DNA from: Nitrospirota bacterium
GTDB taxonomy: Bacteria > Nitrospirota > Leptospirillia > Leptospirillales > Leptospirillaceae
Direction of reading: 5' to 3'
DNA: 64,000 nucleotides
NCBI GenBank assembly: GCA_035873205.1
Contig: JAYWMN010000059.1
Coordinates: forward strand, 1,726-65,725
Shown: piece by piece, positions 46,573-55,294 of the stretch
Numbering within the stretch: the stretch's first letter is position 1
Layout: every line of letters begins with the position of its first letter
The notes under the pieces: model-generated
What the model saw: only the letters and a program-made list of their open reading frames with translations
Databases searched by the model: none
What the model was told of the DNA's origin: nothing
Made by a program: the position numbers and the translations under genes

Positions 46573-47973
46573 ATGAGATTTTCGTTCCTCATGCTGCTCA
46601 TTCTCCTGGCATTCCAGGACGTTCGGGTTCTGTTTCCGTCCATATTCAGCCACCCGACGACAATCCTGTTTCAGGGTCCTGCCAGTCCGGGACAGGAAAG
46701 GAGCAACGCCGACCCTTTCCAGAAGGCAAGCGTCGAGGATCTCAAACGGTCGGAAGAGTACCTGAGGAAGGATCTCGGACTCGATGACTTGGAAGACTCC
46801 TCCGAACCCCTCTGGATCCGTTCGGCCAAACGGCACCCCATCCTGGTCGTCTTGACCTCACTCATGTTTCTCGGTGGACTTTCAGGCTTTTTATGGATTC
46901 TGAAAAGATATAACAGGGAACTTGAGGAGGGACTCGCTCTTTCCCGGGAAAATATGGCCCGTTCGGGGGGAAGTTACGGAGGAAGGGCCTCTGCCCCGAC
47001 TCCCATTCAGGAAATAATTGCCGGGGAAGAGCATGAGATCCAGTCTCTTCCCTCCCTACCTCATGAAAAGATCCCCAGAATGGTTGACAGCGTTCTGGAC
47101 TCCCTCCGATATTCCCTGGGATCCGGCGCGAGGATCAGCCGGGTCTCCCTTTTCCTTTTCGACGACATCGCATCCCATTTTCGCGTTTGCGGATTCAGCA
47201 AGGGAGAAGATTTTCATTCGCACAATCCAGTCGCGACCCCTCCCGAAAACATCTTCTCCACTCCCCTCAGGACATTATCTGAATATACGGACAAAGGGGC
47301 CTCCGGAAAAAAGTCCCTGAGAAGCTGGTCCTACCCGTTTGTCATCGATTCCGGAGAGTTCTGCGCCATTACTCTGGAAATGCCCCAGGGAGACCCTCCA
47401 GACAACTGGGGAGACTATCTCCAGGGATCCCTGCACCTGATGAAGGCATTGGTTTCGAGGCAAAAATACGGATCGACCGATGTGACCCTGACGACCCGGG
47501 ACGACTCGGGATCCCTCGACTACCGTGCCACCCTGAACAGGCTTGTCGAGGAATGGGCAAGGACGAGAAAAGTGGCGATTCCCTTTTCCGTTATCGCCAT
47601 TCAGATCGACAATGTGTCCGAACTGAGAAAATATTATGGAAGTGAGGCCATGGATTTGGCCTGGAACCGTCTCGTTGCCCTTCTGAAGTCAATATTGCGG
47701 CAGACAGACTGGGTGATGAGGCCGGACAAGGCCCTGATCCTTGTACAGCTCCTGGAAGCCAGTTATGCCGACGGGCTGACCGTACAGAAAAGGATCGCCC
47801 GGGCCCTTGAAGGCTCCGTTCATAAAAAAACGATCGACAGGCCGATGCACTACCGGGGAGTTCTTGTGGCCATTCCGGTCGATTCGTCGGTCTCCGTTAC
47901 CACCTTATTCGACCAGATTCTTCGCCGGTTCGACGAACGCACCGATTTTGAGGGAGACTTTTACTACAGATAA
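46573..47973 (+). CDS. membrane protein with a degenerate GGDEF-like C-terminal domain
   Basis: 466 aa with a signal/TM segment plus a second TM segment (ILVVLTSLMFLGGLSGFLWIL). The C-terminal FSVIAIQIDNVSELRKYYGSEAMDLAWNRLVALL... parallels the GGDEF fold, but the GG[DE]EF position reads RPDKALILV. Confidence 0.6.
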   Translation: MRFSFLMLLILLAFQDVRVLFPSIFSHPTTILFQGPASPGQERSNADPFQKASVEDLKRSEEYLRKDLGLDDLEDSSEPLWIRSAKRHPILVVLTSLMFLGGLSGFLWILKRYNRELEEGLALSRENMARSGGSYGGRASAPTPIQEIIAGEEHEIQSLPSLPHEKIPRMVDSVLDSLRYSLGSGARISRVSLFLFDDIASHFRVCGFSKGEDFHSHNPVATPPENIFSTPLRTLSEYTDKGASGKKSLRSWSYPFVIDSGEFCAITLEMPQGDPPDNWGDYLQGSLHLMKALVSRQKYGSTDVTLTTRDDSGSLDYRATLNRLVEEWARTRKVAIPFSVIAIQIDNVSELRKYYGSEAMDLAWNRLVALLKSILRQTDWVMRPDKALILVQLLEASYADGLTVQKRIARALEGSVHKKTIDRPMHYRGVLVAIPVDSSVSVTTLFDQILRRFDERTDFEGDFYYR

Positions 47974-47996
47974 GGATCTCCAGGGAGACCGGCACC

Positions 47997-48929
47997 CTAT
48001 TCGTCATCAAACCAGTGCTGCAGAGCCTTCAGGGAAGACTCCCCGGATCGGTCAAGGCGGGAGATGACCGATTGAACAAAGGAGATATCTTTTTTTGCTG
48101 CATCGGAGCGCCCGAGACCCATCTGGATTCCCGACGCCTCAATCATCGATTTTGCGGCATCCTTGTATCGTCCCTTCTGGGCCTGAACAAGGGAAATTCC
48201 TTCCAGGTCAAAGGCCTCGCCTGTGAAATTTCGCCGTTCGAGGTCAAGAGAATAGGCCTCCCTGAATGAGCTGAGCGCTTCATCATAGCGTTTCAGAAGG
48301 TACTGGTTCCGGCCGAGATTGGCCAGGTCCGTGGCAACGGACAGGAAGTCTTTTCGTTTCCGGTCCAGAGACAGGGCCTCCGTGAAGGAGTCGATCGCCT
48401 TTGAGTATTCCTTCTGATCTGACAGGGACAACCCCATTACCTGCTGATACCGGGCCGTCAACCGGTCTTTTTCCTCGGTCTCTCCCCCGTGGAGACCAGC
48501 GATTTCTTTCGAAGCCTCCGCAAGCCAGGGAAGGGACTGTTTTTGGGATATGGCCGTCTCCGCCCCCAGAAGGAGGGTCTCTATGTTCAGGACAGGGTGG
48601 TTGCTGACCGACTCGAGGACCTGGGCTTTCCTGATCCAAAGAGAGGCCTTCTCTCCGTTCCCCGCGATCGAATAAAGATGCGCCAGGCGGTTCATGTCTT
48701 CGATCGTTCCCCTGAAGTCGTTCGCAAGACGATGCCTTTGCAGGGCCTCCTTGACGGACTCGATGGCCTGCAGGGGATGGTTTTGAGACAGAAGTTCCTG
48801 CGCGTCCGAGAGATGCTCTTTGGCCTTGTACAGGTTGGGATGCTTGATGGGGGCTCCTGCGCATCCTGCGAGAAAGAGGAAAAAGGTTCCGGCCGCAACA
48901 ATTCCGCAAAGATATCTTTTGTCGGTCAT
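47997..48929 (-). CDS. TPR-repeat lipoprotein, last gene of the Mla-like operon
   Basis: Lipobox FLAGC followed by repeated TPR-like units (e.g. YSKAIDSFTEALSLDRKRKDF; YDEALSSFREAYSLDLERRNF). Its start overlaps the MlaD-like stop (ATGA). Confidence 0.7.
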   Translation of the reverse strand: MTDKRYLCGIVAAGTFFLFLAGCAGAPIKHPNLYKAKEHLSDAQELLSQNHPLQAIESVKEALQRHRLANDFRGTIEDMNRLAHLYSIAGNGEKASLWIRKAQVLESVSNHPVLNIETLLLGAETAISQKQSLPWLAEASKEIAGLHGGETEEKDRLTARYQQVMGLSLSDQKEYSKAIDSFTEALSLDRKRKDFLSVATDLANLGRNQYLLKRYDEALSSFREAYSLDLERRNFTGEAFDLEGISLVQAQKGRYKDAAKSMIEASGIQMGLGRSDAAKKDISFVQSVISRLDRSGESSLKALQHWFDDE

Positions 48930-49843
48930 GGGGCCTGTCCCGAGGGAGAAGGGAAGTCGGGAATGGGGATGTTTCCCCGGCCTGAGGAACCCAAAGGAGG
49001 AAGCGGCGGGGGAGGAGGGGGGAGGAGGGATTTGACCGGCCAGCTCTGTTTGACACCGTTCAGGATGCTTTGGGTCGTTTTGACCGTCTTGCTGGTATGA
49101 TTGAGAAGCGTATTGGCCGACTGGGTGATGCCAGGAAGGGCAGGGGAGGCTTTTTTGATATCGTCAACGACCGACTGAAGCTGTTGGATCAATTTTGGAA
49201 GATTGTCCGTAGCGTTCTTGATGTTCTCCGAGGTCTTCTTGACATTGATCGCTGTTCCCTGAAGCTCGTCGTAGATGTCCTGTTTTTTCAGGATGGCTCC
49301 GACCGTTCCCTTGCCACGATCGATGGAACTGGTCAGGTCGGCGATGTTACGGACGATCCTCTGCAGGTCGATAATGGTCGGATTCAGTTTTGCCATGATC
49401 TGTTCCAGTGTCAACGGAGTTTCGGCCTTGAGCCGTGCATTGTTCTGGATTTCCGGAAGCCAGGGCGTCCCGATGCTGATTCTGAGCGAAACGTCTCCCG
49501 AGATGATTCCCGATTTTTTGATCGTGACAAAGGAATCGTTCCTTATCATGTTTTCATATTTTTTTAAAATGTTCATGGACACAAGGATCTGGTTCAGCTT
49601 GGTAAAGTCAATGGTATCGACCTCTCCCACCGTCAGCCCGGCGAGTTTCACCGGCGTTCCGGGAACGATCCCGTAAGACTGGTCGAGAACGGTGAAGAGA
49701 TGGAATCTCTTGTCGAACACATGCTGGTGGACGGCGATTTCGTAAAGTCCGAAGATAAATCCGATCAAGGGGATCAGAAGGAAAACGCCGGCCATCTGTT
49801 CGATTTTTTTTTCGCCGATTCTGTGGGAATAATAAAGTTTCAT
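48926..49843 (-). CDS. MCE/MlaD-family periplasmic substrate-binding protein
   Basis: N-terminal TM segment (AGVFLLIPLIGFIFGLY), an MCE core (GTPVKLAGLTVGEVDTIDF) and a long helical C-terminus. The start was moved to MKLYYSH (49843), which forms an ATGA overlap with the upstream stop. Confidence 0.8.
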   Translation of the reverse strand: MKLYYSHRIGEKKIEQMAGVFLLIPLIGFIFGLYEIAVHQHVFDKRFHLFTVLDQSYGIVPGTPVKLAGLTVGEVDTIDFTKLNQILVSMNILKKYENMIRNDSFVTIKKSGIISGDVSLRISIGTPWLPEIQNNARLKAETPLTLEQIMAKLNPTIIDLQRIVRNIADLTSSIDRGKGTVGAILKKQDIYDELQGTAINVKKTSENIKNATDNLPKLIQQLQSVVDDIKKASPALPGITQSANTLLNHTSKTVKTTQSILNGVKQSWPVKSLLPPPPPPLPPLGSSGRGNIPIPDFPSPSGQAP

Positions 49844-50679
49844 AGAGATTCGCTGACTCCATCTGGGGTGATTCGATAGCTGTATCTGAAAAAATCCGGC
49901 CATTCCCAGGATTTTCTTGAAAAGATAACCATCGTGGCTTCGCCCTTGTCATTGACTCGGGACAGGAAATTCCTGAGCGTCCGGATTCCTTTGTCGTCGA
50001 GGCCTTCAAACGGATCGTCAAGGATCAGAAGATCGGGATCGTTCATGAGGGCGCGGACAAATCCGACTTTTTTTATCTGGTCGAGGTTGAGGGTCGACGG
50101 ATAATGATCCAGAATGCCTTCCAGTTCGAAGTTTTTCAGCAAGGGGTCGAGAGACTGGGAGATCTTTTCCGTCGACTGGAACTGCCCATGACGAAGGGGC
50201 AGAGCAATGTTCTCGAATACCGTCAGGTGTTGAAGAAGGATCCCCCTGTCCGGAAGAATTCCGATCTTCCTCCGGACATGGGACAGGAGAGGGGGAGTCG
50301 GATTTCCCATGTCACGGCCAAAGGCGTAGTAGGAACCGCCCCACAATGTCAGTAGCCCCATGATGGTCTTGACCACGGCAGATTTTCCGATCCCGCAGGG
50401 CCCGACAAGAGAGAGATGTCCACCTCTGGCCACCTTTAAGTTGAATCCTTTGAACAGGGGCGTATCTTCGTCATACCCGATACGTGCATCCAGAAGCTCC
50501 AGAATCGTATCCAAGATGGGAAAAAAACCTCCAGATTCGTCGAAAAAATTCAGCCGGCATTCCAGAAAGCGGTACCCGAAAGATAAAGAATGCAGAATTA
50601 AAGCGGAAAAATCAATTTTTGCGCCACATCCTACGTCATCGAAGAGAAAATCAGGTAGAGGCTCAATCCGACAGTGCAC
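49840..50679 (-). CDS. MlaF-like ABC nucleotide-binding protein with degenerate catalytic motifs
   Basis: Walker A is intact (GPCGIGKS). The Q-loop position reads GILPDRG, the signature reads STLNLDQ, Walker B reads LLILDDP and the H-loop reads IFSRKS. The start is uncertain: GTG at 50679 overlaps the MlaE-like gene by 49 nt. Confidence 0.7.
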   Translation of the reverse strand: MHCRIEPLPDFLFDDVGCGAKIDFSALILHSLSFGYRFLECRLNFFDESGGFFPILDTILELLDARIGYDEDTPLFKGFNLKVARGGHLSLVGPCGIGKSAVVKTIMGLLTLWGGSYYAFGRDMGNPTPPLLSHVRRKIGILPDRGILLQHLTVFENIALPLRHGQFQSTEKISQSLDPLLKNFELEGILDHYPSTLNLDQIKKVGFVRALMNDPDLLILDDPFEGLDDKGIRTLRNFLSRVNDKGEATMVIFSRKSWEWPDFFRYSYRITPDGVSESL

Positions 50680-51401
50680 AGGGCAAGGGCACTCACCAGA
50701 GCCAGGGCTGTTTCCCTGGGAACCTCTACAGGAGACCGCTTGACCCGAAGACCATGATACACGCTGACAGAGGCGATGATCAGACCGTAGACCAGACCTT
50801 CAAGAATCGGAAGAACAAGATCCGAGAGCTTGATGTCGGTTTCAATCATCCGGACAAGGGTCGCAATGGGCATGGAGAGACCCATGAGGGCCATGACAAA
50901 GCCTCCCCCCATGGCGACGATCCCGAAATAGAACGTCAGCGCTACCGTCGAAATAACGATGCCGACCAGTCTGGGGGTTATCAGGACATTGGAAAGATTG
51001 ACGCCCAACATTTCAATGGTATCAAGCTCTCCTGCCACGCGCATATTTCCGATTTCAACGGTCAGGCCAGAGGTCGAGCGGGCAATAACGACCAATGCCG
51101 TTGCAAAGGGACCGACAATTCCGAGAATCACATGGAGAATCAATGTGCTCATGAGATTCTGAATGCCCAGCTTTGGAAGCTCGGTCCCGGATTCCGCAAC
51201 GACTCCTGCCCCGACAAGCAAGGCAACGATGGTGACGATGGGAAGGGCGCTGATGCCCGCCGTAACGATCGAAGTGAGATACCCGTGCAGGAAAAGACGC
51301 CTGGTGAGTATGAGCCTGATCAGGTCATACAGGCTTGTCATGATGATCTGCAAAAGGTCCCGAAGATAGTGGTACAGCCCGACAGGGTTGATGAAACGCA
51401 A
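50631..51401 (-). CDS. MlaE-family ABC transporter permease
   Basis: 256 aa with the characteristic RSTSGLTVEIGNMRVAGELDTIEMLGVN (the MlaE/DUF140 core, cf. E-IG-M-V-EQIDAL) and 5-6 TM segments. Confidence 0.85.
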   Translation of the reverse strand: MRFINPVGLYHYLRDLLQIIMTSLYDLIRLILTRRLFLHGYLTSIVTAGISALPIVTIVALLVGAGVVAESGTELPKLGIQNLMSTLILHVILGIVGPFATALVVIARSTSGLTVEIGNMRVAGELDTIEMLGVNLSNVLITPRLVGIVISTVALTFYFGIVAMGGGFVMALMGLSMPIATLVRMIETDIKLSDLVLPILEGLVYGLIIASVSVYHGLRVKRSPVEVPRETALALVSALALCTVGLSLYLIFSSMT

Positions 51402-51482
51402 AACGCCGATCTGTCGCCTCGATTCAAAGTGGATCGGAAAACCCGGGGATGAGAGTAAGGTCCCGGGTCCCCCGATCCGGGT

Positions 51483-52481
51483 TCAATGCTGATTTTTCTG
51501 TTTGTCCGTCTCTCCCGACAGCGAGCCCAGAAAGAGGATGAGGTCCTGTTTTTCTGTCTGGGTCAGGTGCAGGGGCACGATCAGGGGATCCTTCGTCGCA
51601 TACGGCGACTTGCCTCCCCCCCTGTCATAGAAGTCGATGACCCGTGACAGGTCCTTGAATGTTCCATCATGCATGTACGGAGCGGTCAAGCCAATATTGC
51701 GGAGGGAAGGCGTCCGGAAACGACCCTTGTCCGAAGGATCATGTGTGACGGCGTACCGGCCGACGTCGGCAGACAGGGGACCGGTCTGGGGAACGCCGAG
51801 GTTGTGGTAGGCCTGGTCGGACAGCAAGGCTCCCGAATGGCATAGAATACAGCGGGCCTTGCCCTTGAACAGGGTGAATCCCTCCTTCTGCTTCGCGTTC
51901 AGGGCATTAAAGTCGCCCATCAGGAACCGGTCGTAAGGGGACTCCGGGGTCACGAGCGTCCGTTCGTAGGCAGCGATCGCCTGGGCAATCCTGTCGATCG
52001 AGACCGTCCCTCCGAAGACATCCTGAAACTTTTTCCGGTAGGGGGGGATCTTTCGAAGGCGATCGACGACGCTCCGGTTGCTGGGATTTCTCATTTCAAC
52101 GGGATTTGTCAGGGGACCGATGGCCTGCTCCTCGAGACTTCCGGCTCTCCCGTCCCAGAACTGGAGCCTTTGATAGGCGGCATTCAATACGGAAGGCGCA
52201 TTTCGACCGCCTCTTCTCCCGCCGACTCCGATGGAGACAGGCCGCGGGTCGGCGAATCCTGCCTGGGGCATATGGCAGAAGGCACAGCTGATCGATCCGT
52301 TGACCGAGAGCTTCGGATCGAAAAAGAGCTTCTTGCCCAACGCGATCTTGGCAGGAGTGTTCAGGTTGGACAGAGGCACGGGGGGCGCCGGGGGAAGCGG
52401 GACGAGAGCCTCCGCCCATGCAAGATCGGCGAGGAAAACAGTTGAAAGGAAGAGAGTCAGAACTTGGGAGGCAATCCGCAT
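51483..52481 (-). CDS. di-haem cytochrome c peroxidase (CCP/MauG family)
   Basis: A signal peptide and two haem c motifs, CAFCH and CILCH. It also has the conserved FRTPSLRN and APYMHDG. Confidence 0.9.
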   Translation of the reverse strand: MRIASQVLTLFLSTVFLADLAWAEALVPLPPAPPVPLSNLNTPAKIALGKKLFFDPKLSVNGSISCAFCHMPQAGFADPRPVSIGVGGRRGGRNAPSVLNAAYQRLQFWDGRAGSLEEQAIGPLTNPVEMRNPSNRSVVDRLRKIPPYRKKFQDVFGGTVSIDRIAQAIAAYERTLVTPESPYDRFLMGDFNALNAKQKEGFTLFKGKARCILCHSGALLSDQAYHNLGVPQTGPLSADVGRYAVTHDPSDKGRFRTPSLRNIGLTAPYMHDGTFKDLSRVIDFYDRGGGKSPYATKDPLIVPLHLTQTEKQDLILFLGSLSGETDKQKNQH

Positions 52482-52632
52482 ATGAACCCCCTGAAATGGA
52501 GTAAGAAGTCGTCGGTCACAATGGATTACAAGATACGATCGTGATCATATCACAGGCCGTGCAGCCTCTGCCATCAGGACCAAACAGGGGTCGGGGCTGT
52601 TTCTCGAATATTTATAGTTTACATAATATACA

Positions 52633-53457
52633 TTATTTGCGATTTAAGGCTTTCATTCCCCCGGGATGTTCGTCCGGAATCTTCCCGAGAATGGCCTCAA
52701 TCTCTTTTCCGATCTTCATCAGGCCCTCTGAAAGAATATGTTTCAGCCGTTCTTTTTCCTCTTCCTTTCCTTTGAGTTCCGGAACGGTCTCTTTGAGGAG
52801 AGTCAGGTCGCTCATTTTGCCCAGGTGGCGAAGAACGTTTTTCAGATCGCTTTTCTGTCTTTCGGACATCGGAGTGCGCCTTCCCGGGATGTCTTCCATG
52901 AAAGCCTCCTGTCCCGCTATTTTTTTCAGACGAATGCGGATCCGGTGAAGAGAGCTGAAATCATGGGCCGGATCCTGATTCCAGATCGCGTGAGCCTTTG
53001 CCAGATCTTCAAAGGCGTCCTTCTGTCGGTCCCCCAGATCAATCTTGTTTCCGATCCCTTTCTCAAAAAATTCCAAGCCCAGATATTTCGTGCATTTTCT
53101 GAAGTCTTTCTTTCGCCCCGGTCTTGTTTTCCGGAGGGACCTCCAAAAGAGAATTCGTTCCTTCTTATCGGAAAACGGGAGCGTGAGATCAAGATTGTTC
53201 TCACGCAGAAATTTCTGCATGACATCGGCATTTCTAAGTCTCCGGGAGCGCCGGAGACAACGACGCAGATCCTTTCCCAAGCGACGGCATACCGGTCCTG
53301 GTTTCCCTGGCTCAGGAAGGGCAAGGACCGCCTGCCATTTCCGGCAGGATCGCCGAAAGCGATGAAGGAGCTGTCGGGAGGGATTTCTGCCGATACTGTC
53401 GCGCAGATCCGTCCATTCATTCCGGAAAGACCGGAGTTTACGGGATGTGCCTTTCAT
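52633..53457 (-). CDS. CHAD domain-containing protein
   Basis: 274 aa, all-helical and Arg/His/Lys-rich. It has repeated LHRFRRSCRK / LHRIRIRLKK units like the H-LR---K-LR signature of CHAD. A strong GGGAGGAGG lies 3 nt before the ATG at 53457. Confidence 0.6.
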   Translation of the reverse strand: MKGTSRKLRSFRNEWTDLRDSIGRNPSRQLLHRFRRSCRKWQAVLALPEPGKPGPVCRRLGKDLRRCLRRSRRLRNADVMQKFLRENNLDLTLPFSDKKERILFWRSLRKTRPGRKKDFRKCTKYLGLEFFEKGIGNKIDLGDRQKDAFEDLAKAHAIWNQDPAHDFSSLHRIRIRLKKIAGQEAFMEDIPGRRTPMSERQKSDLKNVLRHLGKMSDLTLLKETVPELKGKEEEKERLKHILSEGLMKIGKEIEAILGKIPDEHPGGMKALNRK

Positions 53458-53739
53458 CGGCCTCCTCCCGTGAGGGATCTCTGAGCACTCTCCACCAGAA
53501 TGGCGAATGCGCAGACGCTTCCTCCGTCTCTTCCAAATCCTTCCTGTCGATGCGCTCTTTCTCTTTTTTTCTACGGGAAAGTCTCGATTTCATTGGAAAC
53601 CCCGGCGGAATGGACGGTCTGCGACCGGTGGGCCGCAAGGGAGACCCCTGTTTTCTTGCGCGCGTGACCTTCCTGTGTGTTGACATCCGTTCATTCCCCT
53701 GCATTGTGTCCGCAAAAGAGCACAAAGTCCCAAGAGAAA

Positions 53740-53757
53740 GGCCCCTAAGAAGGGGCC
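53740..53757 (-). terminator. hairpin downstream of rtcB, candidate intrinsic terminator
   Basis: 7-bp GC-rich stem GGCCCCT/AGGGGCC with a 4-nt loop. On the minus strand it is followed by TTTCTCTT. It lies about 90 nt after the rtcB stop. A second perfect 16-nt palindrome, CGGCGAAGCTTCGCCG, sits at 53779-53794. Confidence 0.45.
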
Positions 53758-53847
53758 CCTTTCGTGGAAAGGGCAAACCGGCGAAGCTTCGCCGACCACC
53801 GTCCCACGTTGATTGAACTATACCACCGTTTGAGGGATTTTCCAGAG

Positions 53848-55281
53848 CTACCCCTTGATGCACACCCTTGGACGAAGAAGGGCGACCCGTTTTGCAAGAC
53901 CCGCCTTTTCTGTCACCTCTGCCACCGACTCGATCTCCTTGTAGGCTTCCGGAGCCTCTTCTGCGAGACCCCGAAATGAATGCGAACGGACAAGAATTCC
54001 CCGGGACTCGAGCTCCTTCTTCACCTCCCGTCCCCTGAATCGCTTCAGGGCTTCATGCCGGCTCATCGCCCGACCTGCCCCGTGACTGGCCGAGGAAAAA
54101 GACAGGGATTCGCTTTTCGCGATTCCCGAGAGGATCAGGGAGGCGGTTCCCATGCTTCCCCCGATGAAGACAGGCTGCCCGAAAGGACGGTAGGCTTCCG
54201 GAAGTGACGCATGGCCCGGTCCCAGCGCGCGGGTCGCTCCCTTTCGGTGTACCCAAAGGGAGCGGATATTCCGCCCGACCCGGTGGGACTCTTCCTTGCA
54301 GGTGTTGTGGGAGACATCATAGAGCGTCCGAAGTTCGATTCCCGGAAAGATCCGGCCAAAAATTTCACGGACGATCAGGGCCAGCATTTGCCGGTTTGCC
54401 AAGGCCACATTGATCGCCGAATTCATTGCCCCGATGTACTCCTGTCCGGCGGAAGAACGGATCGGGGCGCAGGCAAGTTCCCTGTCGGGAATCACGATTC
54501 CCCATCTGGAGGCCGATTTGGCAAAGCGCATGAGATAGTCGGTCCCGATCTGGTGGCCGAATCCCCTCGAGCCGCAATGAATCGAGACCAGTATCTGTCC
54601 GGAGAAAATTCCGAAGGCCCGGGCGATCTCGGAATCATAGATGCGCTCGACGCTCTGAACCTCCAGGTAATGATTTCCGGACCCCAAAGTTCCCATTTCA
54701 CTCTGCTGGCGCTTGACCGCCTGATCCGACACATGATCCGGCTGCGCCCCCCCCATTCGCCCCTTCTCCTCGATAAAATCGAGGTCCTCCGGAATCCCAT
54801 AGCCTTCACGGACCGCCCAGGCGGCTCCTCCTTCCATGACTTGCCGAATCTCTCCCGGAAAGAGAAGCGTTTCGCCCCCCTCCCCCACACCGGCCGGAAT
54901 CCTGGAAAAAAGTTCGTCCGCAAGACGCTCGAAATCGGGAGAAGCCGTGTCGACCGAAAGATTGCTCCGCAGAGTCCGGATTCCGCAAGAAATATCGAAT
55001 CCGACACCGCCGGCAGAGACCACACCCCCCCTCTCGGCATCGAAGGCCGCCACACCCCCGATAGGGAATCCGTATCCCCAGTGGGCATCCGGCATGGTCA
55101 TCGCCGATCCCGCGAGACCCGGGAGGCGGGATGTGTTGAGGATCTGCTCGAGAACCTTGTCGTCCATCGCAAGGAGCAAGGATTCGGTCCCGAACAGGAT
55201 CACCGGAGCCCGATGCTCTCCCGGTCCCATCAGAACGGTCCATCGGGTGTCATCAATTTTCTCTATCCGGGACATGTCCAT
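53848..55281 (-). CDS. rtcB: RNA 3'-phosphate/2',3'-cyclic-phosphate ligase RtcB
   Basis: Motifs PDAHWGYGFPIGGV, GGVGFDISCGIR, HCGSRGFGHQ, GSMGTASLIL and SASHGAGR. The start was set at MDMSRIEK (55281), with GGGGGA 8 nt upstream. The ORF track extends to 55320. Confidence 0.92.
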   Translation of the reverse strand: MDMSRIEKIDDTRWTVLMGPGEHRAPVILFGTESLLLAMDDKVLEQILNTSRLPGLAGSAMTMPDAHWGYGFPIGGVAAFDAERGGVVSAGGVGFDISCGIRTLRSNLSVDTASPDFERLADELFSRIPAGVGEGGETLLFPGEIRQVMEGGAAWAVREGYGIPEDLDFIEEKGRMGGAQPDHVSDQAVKRQQSEMGTLGSGNHYLEVQSVERIYDSEIARAFGIFSGQILVSIHCGSRGFGHQIGTDYLMRFAKSASRWGIVIPDRELACAPIRSSAGQEYIGAMNSAINVALANRQMLALIVREIFGRIFPGIELRTLYDVSHNTCKEESHRVGRNIRSLWVHRKGATRALGPGHASLPEAYRPFGQPVFIGGSMGTASLILSGIAKSESLSFSSASHGAGRAMSRHEALKRFRGREVKKELESRGILVRSHSFRGLAEEAPEAYKEIESVAEVTEKAGLAKRVALLRPRVCIKG

Positions 55282-55294
55282 TGTCGTTATCCCC

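Noticed and set aside
53686-53716. TTGACA hexamer at about 53689 read as a plus-strand promoter
   Set aside because: Nothing is encoded downstream on the plus strand. The hexamer is simply the reverse complement of ATGTCAA at the start of the minus-strand small ORF.
53790-53847. tRNA-like D-arm string (GGTATAGTTCAATC on the minus strand) just after rtcB
   Set aside because: No T-arm (GTTCGAATC-like) sequence, acceptor pairing or anticodon stem could be built around it.
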